DNA of 47,888 nt, taken from an uncultured Pseudobdellovibrionaceae bacterium (lineage in GTDB: Bacteria > Bdellovibrionota > Bdellovibrionia > Bdellovibrionales > UBA840). Under the pieces are notes generated by a model. That model had not been told where the DNA came from, made no database searches, and was given only the letters and a program-made list of their open reading frames with translations. The translations under genes were made by a program, and so were the position numbers. The DNA is taken from NCBI GenBank assembly GCA_964653235.1, contig CAZZCP010000010.1:1-47888 (forward strand), written 5' to 3'. This document shows, piece after piece, positions 1-8,268 of the stretch. Numbering within the stretch: position 1 is the first letter of the stretch; every line of letters begins with the position of its first letter.

Positions 1-384
1 GAAGATGCCATTGAAGCTTGGTGGCTCTCTCGCCTGCAGGCTTCCATTGAAAAGATGGAGAAGCTCTATCCCTTACGAATTTTAAACAGTAGCTGGCGAC
101 AAGCTTCTAGCGGCGGGGGGCAATGGGAAGGCGGCAATGGTATGCAAAGGCGCTACGAACTTATGGCCCCTGCAAAATTTCGCTGGATCTCTTTAATGAA
201 CTCGCACAAAGCTCGTGGAATTCAGGGTGGATATGATGCGGTTACTGCACAAGTTCAGGTTTACAAAAAAGGCAAAGAAAAGCTGATCTTAGATTTAATC
301 GGTGAACTCGAACTGCAAGCAGGCGATCAGATTCATGTTCTTGCCGGAGGCGGTGGTGGCTTTGGCCGGCAAGATCGAGAATGA
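1..384 (+). CDS. C-terminal fragment of a hydantoinase B/5-oxoprolinase (HyuB-type) family protein; the 5' end is outside the window
   Basis: Frame 1 is open from nt 1 to the TGA at 382-384. The tail ...HVLAGGGGGFGRQDRE resembles the Gly-rich GGGG(Y/F)G C-terminus of HyuB/oxoprolinase proteins. The family call rests on motif memory only. Confidence 0.5.
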   Translation, partial: EDAIEAWWLSRLQASIEKMEKLYPLRILNSSWRQASSGGGQWEGGNGMQRRYELMAPAKFRWISLMNSHKARGIQGGYDAVTAQVQVYKKGKEKLILDLIGELELQAGDQIHVLAGGGGGFGRQDRE

Positions 385-461
385 TTTTGTATCTCTATCT
401 ATTTAAAAATCTAATGTAAATAAAACTTACAAGCAGAGAATAAATAGAAGCATATTATGAA

Positions 462-1136
462 TTACTGCACGCCTGCTCTTTCAAAGCATTGATCAGGCAA
501 ACAAGATACAGGTTCCAATTTAGAATTCACTTTAGGATTGTAACGATAAGTACCTTCATCTTCAATAAACATTGATGTGTCAAAACTCGGATATCTATCA
601 ACTTGCTCGTTCATGAAATAATGAATCGAATCAGAAAAAAAATCTGAATCAATTTCTACTTTGTAAACAGGCTTATACAAAAATTCAATTTTTTGATCTC
701 TACAGCTTTCACCTGATATAGCAATTTGATAGCTCAATTTGGTTTCTACAACTTGAGCGTAACAAACTTGCTGAGTATCTTCTCTGAAAAACCAGAGAGC
801 TCCTTCATCTGTAAGTTCAGTTATTTCAAATAGAGGATTCGCCCTAAACCATTGATGTAAATAAGTACTCAACATTGATGGGTCTAAAGCGAGCGCCACT
901 TCAAAAGCATCGCGATTCGTACCAGATTCTTGAGAAACTTCTCGCATCAATAAATAGTTAAAATGTTCAGCTTGCCAAACTAGTGAATCATCAAGAGTTC
1001 GGCCAGACTCATTGGATATCTTTAACACTCTTTCTTCACCTGGCATAAAAAACAAATCAGGATATTCAAGTCGCTCAAAGGATTGAGCCTGAAATGAAAA
1101 TAGTATTAAAATAATAAATTTGGCAAAATAGGCCAT
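462..1136 (-). CDS. hypothetical exported protein
   Basis: 224-aa ORF with an N-terminal signal-like segment (MAYFAKFIILILFSFQAQS). I recognise no family. Confidence 0.55.
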   Translation of the reverse strand: MAYFAKFIILILFSFQAQSFERLEYPDLFFMPGEERVLKISNESGRTLDDSLVWQAEHFNYLLMREVSQESGTNRDAFEVALALDPSMLSTYLHQWFRANPLFEITELTDEGALWFFREDTQQVCYAQVVETKLSYQIAISGESCRDQKIEFLYKPVYKVEIDSDFFSDSIHYFMNEQVDRYPSFDTSMFIEDEGTYRYNPKVNSKLEPVSCLPDQCFERAGVQ

Positions 1137-1189
1137 CTATACCTCTGTTTTTGAGGTATTTTATTTATATAGCAATCACCGATTTACTA

Positions 1190-1249
1190 GAACGAAATGA
1201 ATATCCTATACTTTTTGCAAAGATAAAGTGAAATAAAAGGGAGCAGCTA
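1190..1249. repeat. truncated copy (right end only) of the TIR-flanked repeat family seen at 5136-5313 and 43959-44134
   Basis: nt 1226-1246 (aagtgaaataaaagggagcag) are identical to the right terminal repeat at 44111-44131, followed by the same 'cta'. Weaker similarity (aatatcct, ttgc(g/a)aa) extends leftward to about 1190. No left terminal repeat is present. Confidence 0.55.
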
Positions 1250-1253
1250 AAAA

Positions 1254-1877
1254 TTAGTAATAAAATTCGCTCTCCTCAAGCAAAGGCAGGCGAACCAGGC
1301 TTTGTTTTTGAGTACAGCCTATTTGGGCCTGGCAGACCTGAGTGCTTTTGTTGAAATCAAATTCGACTTCGCCTTGGTCTTGATCTAGCTGCATTTCGAT
1401 CCGAATCATCAATTCACTATTACGGTAGGTTTGTTCTAAATCTTGATAGCGAATTTTAATCAAATGCAGTTTGATATCTGCATCTTGCAATACGCTCGAA
1501 AAATACCCAAGCAAATCAGGAAAAGCCAAATACTGCTCCTTCTCAGCTTCTCGCAAAGAGACTTTCGCTAACTCTTCTTTAAGGATTGCAAATTCAGCCT
1601 CTAGACTTCCTCCCTGAAAACTTGGATTCTGACTTCTGCCCTGAATTTGCATTCGATAGGTTTTAGAAACATGGTTTTTGACATCATACACCTCTAATAC
1701 CAAAAGATCTGCCTCTACATAAAGATTGGCGCGGATGGGCTCCTGAAACTGTGCATTGCTCATCATTGGTAACCTGATTCTTGTAGAGGCCTTCTGAAAA
1801 CTAGGTTTTAATTCACGCATACTTGCGGCAAAAACTATACTATGAATCAATAGTAAAAAAATGAAATAGCGAATCAT
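1254..1877 (-). CDS. hypothetical exported protein
   Basis: The ORF runs to 1901, but the ATG at 1877 (MIRYFIFLLLIHSIVFAAS...) gives a clean signal peptide and is preceded by a G-rich stretch. No family recognised. Confidence 0.55.
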   Translation of the reverse strand: MIRYFIFLLLIHSIVFAASMRELKPSFQKASTRIRLPMMSNAQFQEPIRANLYVEADLLVLEVYDVKNHVSKTYRMQIQGRSQNPSFQGGSLEAEFAILKEELAKVSLREAEKEQYLAFPDLLGYFSSVLQDADIKLHLIKIRYQDLEQTYRNSELMIRIEMQLDQDQGEVEFDFNKSTQVCQAQIGCTQKQSLVRLPLLEESEFYY

Positions 1878-2072
1878 GATCCCCCCCGAGAAAATATCCA
1901 ATCTTCGTAATTGCCGAAAAAATCAATGTAGATAAGCTTTTGAAGATTTTTCTTAAGAACAGCAAGTAAATGAGAAAGAAAAAGCAAAGCTCAGGTTTTG
2001 GTTATGATGCAATCTACTTATATTGATTGCTCCAAAATCTGTGGCAATATAATTGAGATTTTGGAGGTTTTC

Positions 2073-2495
2073 ATGAAGTTTTTCATTTTTTACTTATTAT
2101 GGCTGCCCTCTTTTAGCTTTGCCAGCGGTTTGATCTTTTCTAAAAACTCAGACTCGGTCGAGGTCAACTTACAGCGGGTGCTCAAAAGAATTGAAGATAA
2201 GGGTATAAAAGTATTCACAGTGATAAACCACTCTGAAGGGGCAGAGAGTGTTGGCCAAGAGTTACGAGATACTCGGGTTGTGATTTTTGGTAACCCGAAA
2301 GTTGGCAGTCGCCTGATGAATAAAGCTCCCAGTTTGGCTATTGATCTTCCGCAAAAAATTGCTATCTATGCCAATGAGCAGGGCGGCTCGACTCTTGTTT
2401 TTAATGATCCACAATATTTGGGAATCCGGCACGAATTGAATGACCCTGCTCTTGAAAAAATTAAAAAACTTTTGTCTGAATTGACCAAGCCTTAG
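2073..2495 (+). CDS. DUF302 domain protein with signal peptide
   Basis: ...GIKVFTVINHSEGAESVG...RVVIFGNPKVGSRLM...AIDLPQKIAIY... matches my memory of the DUF302 pattern. The ATG at 2073 is preceded by GGAGG (5-nt spacer). The upstream part of the 1998 ORF is unlikely to be translated. Confidence 0.7.
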   Translation: MKFFIFYLLWLPSFSFASGLIFSKNSDSVEVNLQRVLKRIEDKGIKVFTVINHSEGAESVGQELRDTRVVIFGNPKVGSRLMNKAPSLAIDLPQKIAIYANEQGGSTLVFNDPQYLGIRHELNDPALEKIKKLLSELTKP

Positions 2496-3700
2496 CTTAA
2501 AACCTCGGCACCAACCGATGAGATCGCATCGCGAATTTCTTGAATGTGCTCTTTATTGCGAGTCTCAAGCTTAAAGTGAATGATCGTGTCTTGAATTGCT
2601 GTTCTTTCATCATTGCGGTTATGGTGTACTTCTAATACATTTGCCTCATGCTCACCAATGATTTTGGTAAGTCTCGAAAGTTGTCCGGGCCGATCTGAAA
2701 CTCTCACACTCAAATCACTGACCCGGCCTCGACTGCTCAAGCCTATAGAGATTACTTTTGAAATCATATTGAGATCGACATTTCCTCCACACAAAAGAGC
2801 ACAGGTTTTTTTACCCTTATCTACTTTTGAATTAAAAATGGCAGCAAGAGAAACTGCACCTGCACCTTCGACAACTGTCTTTGACCTTTCTAGTAAGTAG
2901 ACCATAGACTCCGCAATTTGATCATCTGTCACACTAACGACATCGTCTACAAGCGGAAGAATAAAGTTTTCAAAAATATCTTCATTGGGATACTTTACTG
3001 CAATTCCGTCGGCAATGGTATAGGGAGGAAGACTTGGCGGCATCAGTTTCTTATTTCGAAAACTCTCTACCATACCGGCGCAGCCTTCTGACTGAACTCC
3101 ATAGACCTTACAATCTGGTCTGATGGCTTTAATGGCAGTAGCGATTCCACTGATCAAGCCACCTCCACCAATGGGTATAAAAATACTATCGAGATCTTCT
3201 AGAGAATCAAGAATCTCCAAACCGAGAGTACCCTGGCCGGCGATGACCTTTTCATCTTTATAAGGATGTATAAAAATATAGCCCTCTTTTTGCGAAAGTT
3301 CTTTAGCATATTCGTTGGCATCATCGACCATATCTCCATGCAAAATCACATCGGCACCATATTTTTTAGTAGCTTCTATTTTGATAATCGAAGCAGATCT
3401 AGGCATAACCACCGTACTCTTTACACCAGCAAGACTTGCAGCTAGAGCAACTCCTTGAGCATGATTGCCCGCCGAGCTGGCGATCACACCTAAGTTTTTT
3501 TCTGATTCTTGCAATTGCAAAATCTTGTTGGCAGCTCCTCGAAGTTTAAAGCTACCCGTCTTTTGTTGATTTTCAAATTTGAGATAAACATCAAGACCAG
3601 CTCTTTGCGAACTTGATTCTGAAAAACGCATAGGTGTGCTTCGAATCACCGATTCAATTCGCTGCTGTGCCGCTTGAATATCTTCTAGATTTACTTTCAT
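2492..3700 (-). CDS. ilvA: threonine ammonia-lyase (threonine dehydratase), short form with C-terminal ACT-like domain
   Basis: 402 aa. PLP-lysine motif ...QKTGSFKLRGA..., glycine loop PIGGGGLISG, and a C-terminal regulatory domain. Confidence 0.9.
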   Translation of the reverse strand: MKVNLEDIQAAQQRIESVIRSTPMRFSESSSQRAGLDVYLKFENQQKTGSFKLRGAANKILQLQESEKNLGVIASSAGNHAQGVALAASLAGVKSTVVMPRSASIIKIEATKKYGADVILHGDMVDDANEYAKELSQKEGYIFIHPYKDEKVIAGQGTLGLEILDSLEDLDSIFIPIGGGGLISGIATAIKAIRPDCKVYGVQSEGCAGMVESFRNKKLMPPSLPPYTIADGIAVKYPNEDIFENFILPLVDDVVSVTDDQIAESMVYLLERSKTVVEGAGAVSLAAIFNSKVDKGKKTCALLCGGNVDLNMISKVISIGLSSRGRVSDLSVRVSDRPGQLSRLTKIIGEHEANVLEVHHNRNDERTAIQDTIIHFKLETRNKEHIQEIRDAISSVGAEVLS

Positions 3701-3731
3701 AACATCAGATCAATTCTTTTTTGTGTCGCTG

Positions 3732-5102
3732 TCAAGTTTCTGCAATTACGCTCATGCTCTTCCACTTTCCACCGCGAAACCGAAGATAAAAAATGCTAGC
3801 AATCGCAAACACATAGAGACAAATTGATGCCCACGAATAATAAACTCCATCATTTATTTTTGAGAAAAAATAGGTTGGAATCACCATTAAGGGCCAAGGC
3901 GTAATCAGTACGACGATACTGACAAAGCGGGTATCACCTGCCCCTTTTAAGGCTGAAGAGAAACAAAAGTTCATACTATCAAAAAGTGTAAAGCTCAGTA
4001 AAAAGATCAAAAGCTGCTTGGCTAAAGTCTTTACTGCGTGCCATGATTCTGGATCACTATCGGCAGAAAAAAACTGGAGATAAAAATCGGGAAAGAGCCA
4101 GATACTCAAATTAATAAGCACTATAAATACAAAGGTGATTTGAAAGCCTTTGTAGGTAGATGCCTCAGCGATCTCTAACTTCTTTTCGCCAATACACTGG
4201 CCCACGAGTGAGGCGATGGCTTGCCCGATACCCATCGCTGGAAGAATGCAAATCATTAAAAGACTGACTAAAATTCCACTTGCCGCCAATGCCAATTCAC
4301 CATTTTTCATATAGCCAAGAATGATTAAAAAGGCTGTAAAAGCGATTCCTTCGAGAGCAAATTGCAAGCCATTGGGAATTCCGTATTTCAAAAAAGAATA
4401 AAACTGAGCTTTTTTCATCCCCCATGTTTTGAGTAATGAGTATGGTTCTCGATACTTTTTCTGAAACATCAAAAAAAAGCCAAAAAACATCGCTGCATAA
4501 CTGGCAAGACCCGTTGCAATTCCGGCGCCGAGAATGCCCATCTCAGCAAAGCCATGCCTACCTGCAACTAGTAAATAATCTAAAATCACATTCGAAATGA
4601 GACCTATAAAATTAATCCACATGAGCTTTGAACTCTCATTGATACCGGTAAAAAAACCACCTATCGCGGCCACTGCTGCCATTGGCAAAGCCGAAAAACA
4701 CATGGCTTGAAAGTATTGGCTCTCTAAAGCCTGCAAGTGCGGCGCATGTCCGATCATATTAAAAATGAACGGAGAGAGCGGAACCAATATTAAAAATAAA
4801 ATTCCCCCAAAGATACTAACGTAAATTCCATGTGTAATTGAATAACCAATATCTTGAAAGTGCTTTGCCCCTAGGTTTTGGGCTACAAAAGCAAGTGTGT
4901 AGGCTGCAGTTTGGTGCAACAGAGCCATCGGAATCCAAAACAAGCCCGTCACTGACATCGAGGCCGCGATGGCTTGGGTCGAATAATTGGCCAAAAACAT
5001 TCGGTCGATTGTGAATTGTAAATTCCAAAAAGCCGTTGAAATAATCAAGGGCAGAGAAAAAACTAAGATGCTTTTGTAGGTTGGTATTTGCATTTTGGCC
5101 AA
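3732..5102 (-). CDS. MATE family efflux transporter
   Basis: 456 aa, about 12 predicted TM segments and typical MATE-like composition. The start is ambiguous between TTG at 5102 and ATG at 5093, and neither has a clear SD. Confidence 0.8.
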   Translation of the reverse strand: MAKMQIPTYKSILVFSLPLIISTAFWNLQFTIDRMFLANYSTQAIAASMSVTGLFWIPMALLHQTAAYTLAFVAQNLGAKHFQDIGYSITHGIYVSIFGGILFLILVPLSPFIFNMIGHAPHLQALESQYFQAMCFSALPMAAVAAIGGFFTGINESSKLMWINFIGLISNVILDYLLVAGRHGFAEMGILGAGIATGLASYAAMFFGFFLMFQKKYREPYSLLKTWGMKKAQFYSFLKYGIPNGLQFALEGIAFTAFLIILGYMKNGELALAASGILVSLLMICILPAMGIGQAIASLVGQCIGEKKLEIAEASTYKGFQITFVFIVLINLSIWLFPDFYLQFFSADSDPESWHAVKTLAKQLLIFLLSFTLFDSMNFCFSSALKGAGDTRFVSIVVLITPWPLMVIPTYFFSKINDGVYYSWASICLYVFAIASIFYLRFRGGKWKSMSVIAET

Positions 5103-5135
5103 GCTAACATAGCTTTCGCAGAGAAGATAAAAAAA

Positions 5136-5313
5136 TAAACTGCTCCCTTTTGTGTCGCTTCGGACGTCCGTCCGGAGGCAGGTAAATTACCAAAATAATT
5201 GGTTTTATCTGTTCGAATTTGTTGAAATTTTGATGCAGTTTCGGACAAGTATTTTAGATTGTTGAAAGTGCAATTGAATTTTGGGATAAAAGTGAAACAA
5301 AAGGGAGCAGCTA
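5136..5313. mobile_element. MITE-like non-coding element, copy A (178 bp, terminal inverted repeats, 9-bp flanking direct repeat)
   Basis: The left terminus 5140-5160 (ctgctcccttttgtgtcgctt) is the inverted complement of 5290-5310 (aagtgaaacaaaagggagcag) at 19/21 positions. ATAAAAAAA is present at both 5127-5135 and 5314-5322. The element is collinear with 43959-44134, and ORFs predicted inside it are short and not conserved between copies. Confidence 0.65.
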
Positions 5314-5314
5314 A

Positions 5315-5347
5315 TAAAAAAAAGACCGGATGCCTTGCGACAACCGG
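5315..5347 (-). terminator. rho-independent terminator of the zinc-ribbon gene
   Basis: The minus strand reads CCGGTTGTC-GCAA-GGCATCCGG (GNRA-type loop, one T.T mismatch) followed by TCTTTTTTTT, starting 6 nt after the stop at 5353. Confidence 0.6.
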
Positions 5348-5352
5348 CCTGA

Positions 5353-5601
5353 CTACCAATAGGTAGTAAAACCACGAATTGGTAGAAACTCACCCGGAAG
5401 CAAAGGGGGCCTCTCTAAATCGACGGACACCACAGGCGTCTCGGCTTCCTTGTGATAGAAGAAGGGAGCGAATGCTTTCCCACAATTTTCGCACCGATCC
5501 ACAACTCCTGACTTTTGCTCAGTTACATGCCCGCATATATGGCAGCGCCTTAAGTGAAGACTTTCCTTCACGAGCACCTCCAAGCAAATCTTTTGGGGCA
5601 A
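5353..5601 (-). CDS. small zinc-ribbon protein (hypothetical)
   Basis: 82 aa with two CxxC pairs (CHICGH ... CENCGK) and its own terminator. The overlapping plus-strand ORF 5379-5657 is Arg/Pro-rich and featureless. Confidence 0.5.
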   Translation of the reverse strand: MPQKICLEVLVKESLHLRRCHICGHVTEQKSGVVDRCENCGKAFAPFFYHKEAETPVVSVDLERPPLLPGEFLPIRGFTTYW

Positions 5602-5777
5602 AACCTACGTGCAACAAACCCTTAACTTTTCTATCGGCAACTCGACCAAAGAATTAAGACTTTTTACTGAATAAGATCTGCAATTTTAAACGCAATGCAT
5701 TAAGTGATTAGAAAGACTCGTTTCGTGATTACAAGTTCCATTGTCAGTCTAGTCTTGCTTGGATATGCTGCGTGGGT

Positions 5778-7562
5778 ATGGAAAAACTAAAAAATTTGCT
5801 TTTCAATCGCTATCGCAAGCAAATTCTTTTCTTTCTAGATCAGTCTCTTCTTACAATTGGTATAGTTTCTATTGCCACTGTGTTTTTTGAATACTTTCTT
5901 ATTCCTCCTCGCTGGCTCGATGAATTCTTTTTAAAAATATCCAGCTATTTACTGATTGCCTTTGTTGTACAAGAGCTTTTGCGCTGGCTGTACTGCCGCA
6001 GTTATATGTATTTTCTCAAAAGTCGTATTTTTGAAACGGCTATTGCCTTACTGGCAGTAGTTCAACTTCTTTTTACTACACAATTGCAAGAGTTTTTGAT
6101 TGGCATTGGCGCTCCTATTGAAATAGGTGACCTCACTCTGATTTATTTAGGCTTGAGCCAATCACCGATCTTAATTGGTTTTTTATTTAGCTCAATCAAC
6201 AACCAAGCTTGGGTAAAAAAACTATCTTTGAGCTCACCACAAATCTTTACCATTAGTTTTTTCATTCCCATATTAATTGGAACCCTGCTGTTAAAACTCC
6301 CAAAATCAACTGTTGAGGATATTACTTGGGTCGATGCTTTCTTTACTGCGACCAGTGCTATTTGCGTCACAGGTCTGACCACACTTAATATTTCAAAAGA
6401 GTTCACCGATCTTGGACTCTTTGTAATTTGTGTTCTCTTTCAAATTGGCGGCCTTGGCATTATGACTTTAACCATCGCTTTTGCCTCGATGCTTGGCGGG
6501 CGTGGACTCGGGGTCGGTGATCGGCTTTTACTGTCTGATCTTTTTGATGTCGGAAAAATTGGAGAGGTGAAAAGTCTGCTTCGAAGAATTGCTTTTTTTA
6601 CTTTTACTATCGAGGGAATTGGAGCCCTATTGCTTTACAAATTTCACTATCAGGGTCAGGGATTTCATTTGCGGAGTTTTATGGAGTCGGTTTTTCACTC
6701 GATCTCTGCATTTTGCAATGCTGGATTTAGTGTTTATGAAAAAGGTATGAACACTGATTTGATTCGCAACAATTACCCCTATACTTTTGTACTTATGGTC
6801 TTGATTGTTCTTGGCGGTTTGGGCTTTCCGGTTTTGGCAAACTTTTTAGATGTTTTGCGAAATCGTTTTAAAAGAGACCGAGCATTTCGTGTTCTCAGTA
6901 CGCATTCAAAATTAGTTTTATTGAGCACAGGTATTTTTTTAATTGGCGGTTGGCTTGCTTTATTTTTAATGGAAAGCCCTTCTTCTTTTGCAGAGATGCC
7001 TTGGTGGGATCGTCTCTATCACAGTCTATTTTTGTCAGTCACCAGTCGTACAGCTGGGTTTAATATTTGGCCTACAGAATTTCTTTCTATTGGTAGCGTT
7101 GGCGTATTGCTTTTTTTGATGTGGGTGGGCGCATCTCCTATGTCGACAGGTGGAGGAGTTAAGAATGTCACTTTCTTGATTGCACTGCTCAACCTTTACA
7201 CCCATATTCGCGGCTACAATCGGATCAATATTTTTGAAAGAAGCATCGGATCAAAAAGCATTTACCGAGCCTTTGCTGCACTCGTAGTTTCTCTAATCTT
7301 TATTGGCTTGTCGGTGATGACAATGCTTTTACTTGAGCCCGATCTTCCGGCAATTGATTTGATCTTTGAAGTTTATTCGGCCTGGGGTACGGTTGGACTT
7401 TCACGCGGGCTTACTGCTGATTTGGGCAGTCCCGCAAAGTTACTCTTGATTGTTTTGATGTTTGTCGGAAGAGTAGGAGCTATTACCGTCTTAGGTGCTT
7501 TTATTGCCCGAGCTAAAAAAAGAAGGTTTCAATACCTAGAAGACAATGTATTAATTTATTAA
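5778..7562 (+). CDS. trkH: TrkH/KtrB family K+ transporter membrane subunit with an N-terminal extension of about 150 aa
   Basis: Repeated M1-P-M2 style segments with selectivity-filter-like glycines (TGLTT, QIGGLG, CNAGFS, RTAGFN, STGGG, WGTVGLS). The ATG at 5778 is preferred over the GTG at 5772. Adjacent to an RCK/TrkA gene. Confidence 0.85.
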   Translation: MEKLKNLLFNRYRKQILFFLDQSLLTIGIVSIATVFFEYFLIPPRWLDEFFLKISSYLLIAFVVQELLRWLYCRSYMYFLKSRIFETAIALLAVVQLLFTTQLQEFLIGIGAPIEIGDLTLIYLGLSQSPILIGFLFSSINNQAWVKKLSLSSPQIFTISFFIPILIGTLLLKLPKSTVEDITWVDAFFTATSAICVTGLTTLNISKEFTDLGLFVICVLFQIGGLGIMTLTIAFASMLGGRGLGVGDRLLLSDLFDVGKIGEVKSLLRRIAFFTFTIEGIGALLLYKFHYQGQGFHLRSFMESVFHSISAFCNAGFSVYEKGMNTDLIRNNYPYTFVLMVLIVLGGLGFPVLANFLDVLRNRFKRDRAFRVLSTHSKLVLLSTGIFLIGGWLALFLMESPSSFAEMPWWDRLYHSLFLSVTSRTAGFNIWPTEFLSIGSVGVLLFLMWVGASPMSTGGGVKNVTFLIALLNLYTHIRGYNRINIFERSIGSKSIYRAFAALVVSLIFIGLSVMTMLLLEPDLPAIDLIFEVYSAWGTVGLSRGLTADLGSPAKLLLIVLMFVGRVGAITVLGAFIARAKKRRFQYLEDNVLIY

Positions 7563-7572
7563 AGGATAGAAT

Positions 7573-8268
7573 ATGCAAGGTGAAAAGTGCGCCATCATTG
7601 GCTTAGGACATTTCGGACTCCATCTCGCTTTAGACCTTACCCATAATGGGATTGAGGTGCTAGCCATTGACCAAAACCAGGTAAGAGCTGAGATTTTAAG
7701 AGATAAAGTTGCACATACGATCATTGCCAATAGCCGAGATTACAATTCTCTTGAAAGCCTTGGCCTCAAAGATTTTGATTTTATAGTGGTTGCTATTGGA
7801 GAAGACTTTGAAAGCTCTCTACTGACTGTGTCTCATTTACAAGATATGAAGTGCAAAAAAATTATTGCTCGTGCTACATCGATTGTACATGAGCGTATTT
7901 TGAAACAGATGAAGGTAGACCAAATCATTCTCCCTGAAGCAGAAGCTGCCAAGCACCTAGGTAAAAAACTACATATGAGAGGCGTAGTCGAGTCTCTGGA
8001 AGTCTCCAAAGACTTTACAATCGTTGAAGTTGAACCTCCTGCCTGGGTGATTGGTAAAACTTTAAAAGAACTCGATCTAAGAAATTCTCACAAAATCAAC
8101 CTCGTGACCCTTGCCAGAGTGAAAGAATCGGATGAAATGCTCACTTTGGGCAAGCGAAGAAATATAGAAGTGATGGGTATTATCGATATAGACAGAAAGT
8201 TAGAGCCCGAGGATTATATGATTTTATTTGGTAAAGAGAAAGACATCGAAGCTTTCTTAGGATACTAG
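7573..8268 (+). CDS. trkA: TrkA/KtrA-type RCK (NAD-binding) K+ uptake regulatory subunit
   Basis: Rossmann motif IIGLGHFG at the N-terminus, about 230 aa, TrkA-N plus TrkA-C architecture, 10 nt downstream of trkH. Confidence 0.85.
   Translation: MQGEKCAIIGLGHFGLHLALDLTHNGIEVLAIDQNQVRAEILRDKVAHTIIANSRDYNSLESLGLKDFDFIVVAIGEDFESSLLTVSHLQDMKCKKIIARATSIVHERILKQMKVDQIILPEAEAAKHLGKKLHMRGVVESLEVSKDFTIVEVEPPAWVIGKTLKELDLRNSHKINLVTLARVKESDEMLTLGKRRNIEVMGIIDIDRKLEPEDYMILFGKEKDIEAFLGY

Noticed and set aside
5063-5393. Track ORFs 5063-5359 (-) and 5205-5393 (-), of 98 and 62 aa, covering the MATE/zinc-ribbon spacer
   Set aside because: They lie inside the TIR-flanked repeat and a terminator. The corresponding region of copy B (43959-44134) does not conserve any reading frame, and they have no RBS.
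5602-5777. Possible c-di-AMP (ydaO-type) or other riboswitch in the 176-nt leader upstream of the K+ transporter genes
   Set aside because: The region is AT-rich and lacks the G-rich conserved cores and paired pseudo-symmetric helices expected. I could find no convincing stem-loops.
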